Virus record (IMG/VR): IMGVR_UViG_3300032226_000085
Span: 1 to 60,933 of that record
Length of the DNA stretch: 60,933 nt
Strand: one strand, 5' to 3'
From: a virus
Taxonomy: Duplodnaviria; Caudoviricetes
Both the position numbers and the translations under genes were made by a program. Positions 56,569 through 60,933 of this stretch are shown piece after piece; within the stretch, counting starts at the first letter, position 1, and each line of letters starts with the position of its first letter. The notes beneath the pieces were generated by a model. That model was not told where the DNA came from, searched no databases, and saw nothing but the letters and a program-made list of their open reading frames with translations.

Positions 56569-56824
56569 GTATATTGTCAATTTTTTAATAATAGTGGGGG
56601 GTTAAGTTTACAGTCGGTTGGAATTAAGTTGTCAGGGACGAGGTTTAAGTTTGCAGCGGCAAAAAACGCACTTTGCTGGCTACTTTCGTTTTTTGGGTAT
56701 TGTGTTGCTAAGTGAATAACGGAAATACTCGGGATGGTTATGGAACAGTGTTATATGCGGAGCGCCGCCGTGTTGTCAAAAAGGGGTTGTGGGGGTACGG
56801 TAGGGTCGAGATACTGCCTTTTTC

Positions 56825-56839
56825 GGGTCAAATTGACCC
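56825..56839 (+). promoter_or_regulatory. GGTCA-N3-TGACC palindrome
   Basis: GGGTCA-AAT-TGACCC upstream of first early gene. Confidence 0.7.
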
Positions 56840-56934
56840 CGTATCCGTCGATCAAACGGCGCACTCCGGATAATGGGTCTCGTCAATGGCACTTGCCCTT
56901 GGCAAACACAATCAACCCAATGAAAGGAAACACC

Positions 56935-57312
56935 ATGAACAAGCAAACACAATCCAAAGTCAACACACTCGTATCCAAGTTTCTTGATGCATCTGACGAC
57001 TTCGTCATTAGCTTGCACTCCGAGGGGCTTGATACGCCTGAACTTCAGCGGCCTTACGTCATCGTAGCGGTATGCGCGAAGTACACCGAGGGCAAGGGCT
57101 GGAATGAATCGTCAACGGGCAAGGTCATGCTCGACTCGAAGCACGAGCGGTACGAGTTTCTGAAAACCAAAGTGCGCGATGTCATGGCAGCACTCAAGGG
57201 CGAGACGCGTAGCGCGTCATCTGGCAAGACTGACCCTGTTGATGCGATCATCAAGGCGTTCAACAAGCTCGATGCGAAGCAGCAGCGTGCTGTCATCAAG
57301 GCTCTCGCTTGA
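56935..57312 (+). CDS. Early hypothetical protein (125 aa)
   Basis: RBS AAAGGA before ATG 56935. Confidence 0.75.
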   Translation: MNKQTQSKVNTLVSKFLDASDDFVISLHSEGLDTPELQRPYVIVAVCAKYTEGKGWNESSTGKVMLDSKHERYEFLKTKVRDVMAALKGETRSASSGKTDPVDAIIKAFNKLDAKQQRAVIKALA

Positions 57313-57315
57313 TTT

Positions 57316-57332
57316 CGGGTCAACGTGACCCG
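57316..57332 (+). promoter_or_regulatory. GGTCA-N3-TGACC palindrome with T-tract
   Basis: CGGGTCA-ACG-TGACCCG-TTTTTT. Confidence 0.75.
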
Positions 57333-57440
57333 TTTTTTCCACGGGGCATCGGCGTGAGGTCTGGCCGGTGTTCCGTTATCTGTCTAAACCAGACTTCATT
57401 GTTCTATTCAACGCAACAATCAACCCAAAGGAGCATCATC

Positions 57441-57638
57441 ATGAAATTCGCACATATCCCAAAAGCAACGTACTCAATCGGGCAAGTCATCACCGTACAC
57501 GGCAAGCCCATGCGTGTGGAAAGCTACACCCACACCGGAAAGAACGTAGTCGTACATTCACTAGAGGGCGCACCCCGTTTTGAGAGGATTGTCTGTATCT
57601 GTACAGACGCGCAAGCCATTGAAGCAATTACAAACTAA
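57441..57638 (+). CDS. Early hypothetical protein (65 aa)
   Basis: RBS AAAGGAG before ATG 57441. Confidence 0.7.
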   Translation: MKFAHIPKATYSIGQVITVHGKPMRVESYTHTGKNVVVHSLEGAPRFERIVCICTDAQAIEAITN

Positions 57639-57645
57639 CCAAAAA

Positions 57646-57662
57646 CGGGTCAGCCTGACCCG
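57646..57662 (+). promoter_or_regulatory. GGTCA-N3-TGACC palindrome
   Basis: CGGGTCA-GCC-TGACCCG. Confidence 0.75.
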
Positions 57663-57686
57663 ATAACCACCCAAAGGAGCATCACC

Positions 57687-57956
57687 ATGAAAGCTACTCA
57701 ATCCATCTTCTTCGTTGAAGTTACCGACACCTACGGCGGCGATGCCAATTACTGCTGGGTACATCGCTTCAAAGTCCACGCCACCACCTTCAGAGGTGCT
57801 ATCCGCAAGGTTAGCCGCGAGATGGGCTACTCAACCAAACTCAACGGCAACTACGGCGACATGGCACGGTACGACTTCAAGGGCGCAGCCATCTGCGCTT
57901 TCGTCATGCCCTACGAAGATCAAGCAGAGAACTACCTGCGCGTTGTATCTCTCTAA
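57687..57956 (+). CDS. Early hypothetical protein (89 aa)
   Basis: RBS AAAGGAG; EVTDTYGGDANYCWV. Confidence 0.75.
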   Translation: MKATQSIFFVEVTDTYGGDANYCWVHRFKVHATTFRGAIRKVSREMGYSTKLNGNYGDMARYDFKGAAICAFVMPYEDQAENYLRVVSL

Positions 57957-57964
57957 ACAAAAAT

Positions 57965-57981
57965 CCGGTCAACCTGACCGG
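57965..57981 (+). promoter_or_regulatory. GGTCA-N3-TGACC palindrome
   Basis: CCGGTCA-ACC-TGACCGG. Confidence 0.75.
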
Positions 57982-58003
57982 AAAACCTGAAAGGAACTAC
58001 CCC

Positions 58004-58174
58004 ATGAATACCTTACGTCTGGCCGACATCCTCGGCATCAGCATTGCCACCATCTGCGTAGTGCTCACCTTGCCCGAATTACTGGAAAACCTTGGGCTGC
58101 TCACCTTCATTGGCTACACCTTCGGCGTAGTCATCATCACCAACAAGATCAACGGCATCTTCAGAGGAGAATGA
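58004..58174 (+). CDS. Small two-TM membrane protein (56 aa)
   Basis: RBS AAAGGA; two hydrophobic segments; below ORF-track cutoff. Confidence 0.65.
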   Translation: MNTLRLADILGISIATICVVLTLPELLENLGLLTFIGYTFGVVIITNKINGIFRGE

Positions 58175-58176
58175 CC

Positions 58177-58383
58177 ATGCGACTCATCAAAGAAACCACA
58201 GGCGAAGAAGTTAAGACAGGCGATGTAGTCCATTGCTTCAGAGGCAAGGCGGCCATCGTCACAAGCTGGGCGCAGCCCGACCACACCGGCAGCACAGGGC
58301 GAGTACACATCAAAGAGATAGGCGAGAGAGGCTTTACAGGCGAGTACTACCCGTCTGTGTACGGCCTGAAATGGGTTGAATGA
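58177..58383 (+). CDS. Early hypothetical protein (68 aa)
   Basis: RBS GAGGAG; TGEEVKTGDVV..FRG...STGRV...EYYPSVYGLKW. Confidence 0.7.
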   Translation: MRLIKETTGEEVKTGDVVHCFRGKAAIVTSWAQPDHTGSTGRVHIKEIGERGFTGEYYPSVYGLKWVE

Positions 58384-58400
58384 AGACTACTACACTTTTA

Positions 58401-58417
58401 GGGGTCAAAATGACCCC
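58401..58417 (+). promoter_or_regulatory. GGTCA-N3-TGACC palindrome with T-tract
   Basis: GGGGTCA-AAA-TGACCCC-TTTTT. Confidence 0.75.
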
Positions 58418-58427
58418 TTTTTCCACC

Positions 58428-58715
58428 TATCCATGACTACTACAAGTGGACAAGAAAAAAGACAGCGAAAACGTAGCGCCATCAAGGCGTATCCTAAAAA
58501 CAGGCACATCTATCTATCTATTTAAATATATATATATATATAGGAGAGTATTTATATGTGGACACTTGTTTGTAAAAACTTTTGTTCTTGTTTGTAAGTT
58601 CGGGCTATACTGTTTCTACAAACAGATATATAAACGCCCCAGTTTCTGCTTTCACCCGCACACAGACTGGCATACGACTGTCCAAAAACTGGTCCACTTG
58701 TAGTAGTCATGGATA
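58428..58715. repeat. 24-bp perfect inverted repeat flanking an AT-rich core with (TA)n; putative replication origin
   Basis: TATCCATGACTACTACAAGTGGAC 58428-58451 versus its reverse complement at 58692-58715. Confidence 0.75.
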
Positions 58716-58751
58716 CTTGCTTGGATACCAACATCAAAAAGGGTAGTAGTC

Positions 58752-59513
58752 ATGGACAAATGGATGTACACCGCCGTACAGCGCAAGATCGACAGCGCAT
58801 TACTACGCAAATTTCCAGACCAACACCATCTGAGAAACAACCTGCGGTCAGAGATACGCAACGTCAAGAGCCAACGCCGAGCCGAGAAGATCACGGCAAC
58901 ACATCGGAAAAAACTCTGGGCTGCACTACTGCGCGACTTAAATTATGAGTACAACAACATCAGGCAAGGCATCAAGTACGCCAAGACCCAAACGCAGCCT
59001 GAAAGACTACACGCCTTTGAGAGTTACTTACTTGTCCTCGACAAGGTACGCGACGAGATCGAAGCAGCACAGGCAAACCCCGAAGTCCCCAAGCCAACAC
59101 CGAGTGCTTTCAGCAAATGGCACAACGCCAAGGGCAAACGGCAGATACCGAACAACGGCATCCATTGGACAGACTGGGTTCCCGCAAGAATAAAAGCACA
59201 GGTCACAGACCTGTTCAATGCCATACCGCACACGCCCAAGGCCAAGCGCAAGATACCGTTTCAAAGAACACAACGCCCGATCAAGAACAACCCAGCACTC
59301 ACCCGCCTGATAAAGCGTACGGAAAAAGAACTTAGTTATGTGAAGCAGGAATTAGACATCGCCCCAACCAACCAAACCATACGCCTGAAGTACAACCAGA
59401 TGCACCAAGCCTTAGTCCGTATGCGTGAGATGAAACCAAGCGAAGCCGTACCACACACGTGGCATGGCTTGTACAAGTTCGAGAGCAGTAGCAGTAAACT
59501 AGATGTAGTATAA
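58752..59513 (+). CDS. Basic hypothetical protein (253 aa)
   Basis: ORF track; HWTDWVP, K.KIPFQR, VPHTWHGL. Confidence 0.75.
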   Translation: MDKWMYTAVQRKIDSALLRKFPDQHHLRNNLRSEIRNVKSQRRAEKITATHRKKLWAALLRDLNYEYNNIRQGIKYAKTQTQPERLHAFESYLLVLDKVRDEIEAAQANPEVPKPTPSAFSKWHNAKGKRQIPNNGIHWTDWVPARIKAQVTDLFNAIPHTPKAKRKIPFQRTQRPIKNNPALTRLIKRTEKELSYVKQELDIAPTNQTIRLKYNQMHQALVRMREMKPSEAVPHTWHGLYKFESSSSKLDVV

Positions 59514-59536
59514 TCTAGGTGTAGTAAGCAGCAAAA

Positions 59537-59553
59537 CGGGTCAGCCTGACCCG
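59537..59553 (+). promoter_or_regulatory. GGTCA-N3-TGACC palindrome
   Basis: CGGGTCA-GCC-TGACCCG. Confidence 0.75.
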
Positions 59554-59581
59554 AAATTCAACCAACTGAAAGGAGCAACAA

Positions 59582-59905
59582 ATGACTGACCAAAACCAAC
59601 CCAAGTTCTACACCGTGGCCATCTACATGGAGGACAAGCTTTACGGTGGACCGGAAGAAGGCGGGTGGTATTACCACGGAGGAGAGTTATGCATGGAGCC
59701 AGAGGCAGCGCAGTTCCTGCGAGGGTTTAACAACGAGGAAGAAGCAGCAGAGTACGCATCGGAACTCAACGCCGAGGTAATGCCCGTGTGGAACCACGAC
59801 AGACCAGAGATCAGTAGCGCCTTATCCGAGGGGCGCTACGTTGCCATATACGACGAGGGTATGCCCAAGCCGTACTTCCCAGAAGAAACACCACACTACG
59901 AGTAA
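59582..59905 (+). CDS. Early acidic hypothetical protein (107 aa)
   Basis: RBS AAAGGAG; YGGPEEGGWYY...P.ETPHYE. Confidence 0.75.
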   Translation: MTDQNQPKFYTVAIYMEDKLYGGPEEGGWYYHGGELCMEPEAAQFLRGFNNEEEAAEYASELNAEVMPVWNHDRPEISSALSEGRYVAIYDEGMPKPYFPEETPHYE

Positions 59906-59912
59906 ACAAAAA

Positions 59913-59929
59913 CGGGTCGGCCTGACCCG
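59913..59929 (+). promoter_or_regulatory. GGTCR-N3-TGACC palindrome (G.T variant)
   Basis: CGGGTCG-GCC-TGACCCG. Confidence 0.7.
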
Positions 59930-59976
59930 TTAATCAGGCCACTCACTTAACGCAACACAACCCGAAAGGAAACACC

Positions 59977-60933
59977 ATGATTGACAATGACTATTGCGGC
60001 TATGCCCGCTGGGAATGGATGATGTCTCTGGCCAACGTGCTGGAGGAACGCGCAAGGGTAGGTAACTACATCTTGAGCAACGGCTGGGATGCCATGCCCG
60101 CTGAATACAAGGTGAACTACCCTGACCCCGACCCTAAGAACTACCGTACTTGGTTCAAACGTGAGACTGACAACGCACCGATGCACCCTGCTATCCGTGA
60201 AGCAGTACGCCAAGCACCACCCGCAAACTGGCACTTGCTTGTCCTTGAGCACCCCCATGCATCACAGAATGACCCGAGCCGTATCGCATACACAAGGTCA
60301 GATGAGCACGGCTACGCTGACAGGCAGACGGTGACATCACTAGGCAAGTACTTGACGCGACACTTCCCTGCCCTGCGTGACCATCAGATACGCGACATCG
60401 TGATGCGTCACGGTGCTAGTCGGTTCGAGATGTGGGACACCGTCGAGAAGATCGTGCAGTCTGTACAAGATGGGCCACACTCATGTATGCGGTGGGAGAG
60501 ATACAACAAGGACACCGACGACACCCACCCCTACGAGGCGTACGACCCTGTGTATGGGTGGCGGGCAGCGGTGCGGCTCGACGCTAACAGCATCATCACG
60601 GCACGGTGCTTGGTCAACGTCGAGGAGATGACGTTTGTTCGGTCTTACACACGCAAAGATGGCGAGTACTCGCACAGCGACGAGGCCATCGAGGTGTGGC
60701 TGCGTGACCAAGGCTATACCAAGAACTGTAGCTGGTCGGGTCTCAAGATGAAGCGCATCACCAAGGGTAGGCACAACGATGACTTCTGGGCGCCCTACCT
60801 TGACGGTGACTGCAAGAATGTGGCGGACTGCGGTGACTACTTATGTATTGACCACGATGGTGACTACGACTGCTCTCGTACGGATGGTCATGCAGACGGC
60901 TCATCGAACTACTCGTGTTGTGACTGCGGTGAA
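59977..60933 (+). CDS. 5' part of the join-spanning ~484-aa hypothetical protein
   Basis: RBS AAAGGA; open frame MIDNDY...GKYLTRHF...HSCM...ARCLV...FVRSY...APYLDG continuing into 1-621; missed by the ORF track. Confidence 0.85.
   Translation, partial: MIDNDYCGYARWEWMMSLANVLEERARVGNYILSNGWDAMPAEYKVNYPDPDPKNYRTWFKRETDNAPMHPAIREAVRQAPPANWHLLVLEHPHASQNDPSRIAYTRSDEHGYADRQTVTSLGKYLTRHFPALRDHQIRDIVMRHGASRFEMWDTVEKIVQSVQDGPHSCMRWERYNKDTDDTHPYEAYDPVYGWRAAVRLDANSIITARCLVNVEEMTFVRSYTRKDGEYSHSDEAIEVWLRDQGYTKNCSWSGLKMKRITKGRHNDDFWAPYLDGDCKNVADCGDYLCIDHDGDYDCSRTDGHADGSSNYSCCDCGE
60811..60933. repeat. Terminal direct repeat copy 2
   Basis: Identical to 1-123. Confidence 0.95.

Noticed and set aside
56404-56580. 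N-terminal extension of the TerS-like ORF, or a - strand gene using AAAGGAGAAGCAA as its RBS
   Set aside because: The extension crosses hairpins and a T-tract, and the SD-like site is followed by ACG, out of frame with TerS, giving only a 30-codon frame with no canonical start.
56734-56934. Upstream extension of the first early gene
   Set aside because: A strong RBS sits at ATG 56935; the extension spans a regulatory palindrome.
57646-57662. Match to the eukaryotic oestrogen response element consensus GGTCAnnnTGACC
   Set aside because: Coincidental in a phage context; there is no nuclear-receptor-like gene.
58446-58703. 85-aa ORF within the inverted-repeat element
   Set aside because: No RBS, runs through a (TA)n tract, atypical composition; probably non-coding.
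56825-59929. Palindromic repeats as a CRISPR array or integron attC array
   Set aside because: Repeats are only 15-17 bp, spacers are whole genes of unequal length, and no cas genes, integrase or attC R-box structure were seen.
60811-60933. 123-bp terminal repeat as a biological genome end (DTR)
   Set aside because: It falls mid-ORF, and an exact end overlap is typical of a circular assembly; physical termini cannot be inferred without reads.
1-60933. tRNA genes, integrase/lysogeny module, alternative genetic code
   Set aside because: No cloverleaf or recombinase motifs recognised by eye; genes are intact and densely packed under the standard code. A tRNAscan/HMM run would be needed to exclude them formally.

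Overview
The window is an apparently complete, circularly permuted dsDNA tailed-phage genome of about 60.8 kb. Bases 1-123 recur exactly at 60811-60933, and one ORF runs across that join. It has two divergent arms. The + strand arm (about 56.9 kb, through the join, to 17.3 kb) carries small early genes, an M28 peptidase, HNH endonucleases, a VRR-NUC nuclease, a family A DNA polymerase, a PD-(D/E)XK exonuclease, an SNF2-type helicase, an SSB-like protein, an HTH regulator and a primase/DUF927 protein. The - strand arm (56.4 kb down to 17.2 kb) carries terminase, portal, GroES, scaffold, a Mu gpT-like capsid protein, a cluster of small basic proteins, podovirus-type tail and fibre genes, holin, a GH108 endolysin, a GNAT, and internal virion proteins including a 2585-aa polyvalent protein. 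I recognised no integrase, RNA polymerase, tRNA, CRISPR array or reverse transcriptase. The best novel candidates are: (1) a promoter- and terminator-bounded RNA of about 90 nt at 56451-56541 whose seed is complementary to the extended RBS/start of several phage middle genes, plus a second structured element complementary to the primase RBS; (2) eight covarying GGTCA-N3-TGACC hairpins punctuating the early genes; (3) a shared [MYF]-[AK]-x-G-G motif in internal and small basic virion proteins; (4) beta-rich modules inserted, sometimes nested, into structural proteins; (5) an L,D-transpeptidase-like domain within the giant protein. All product calls come from motif recognition by eye, not database searches.
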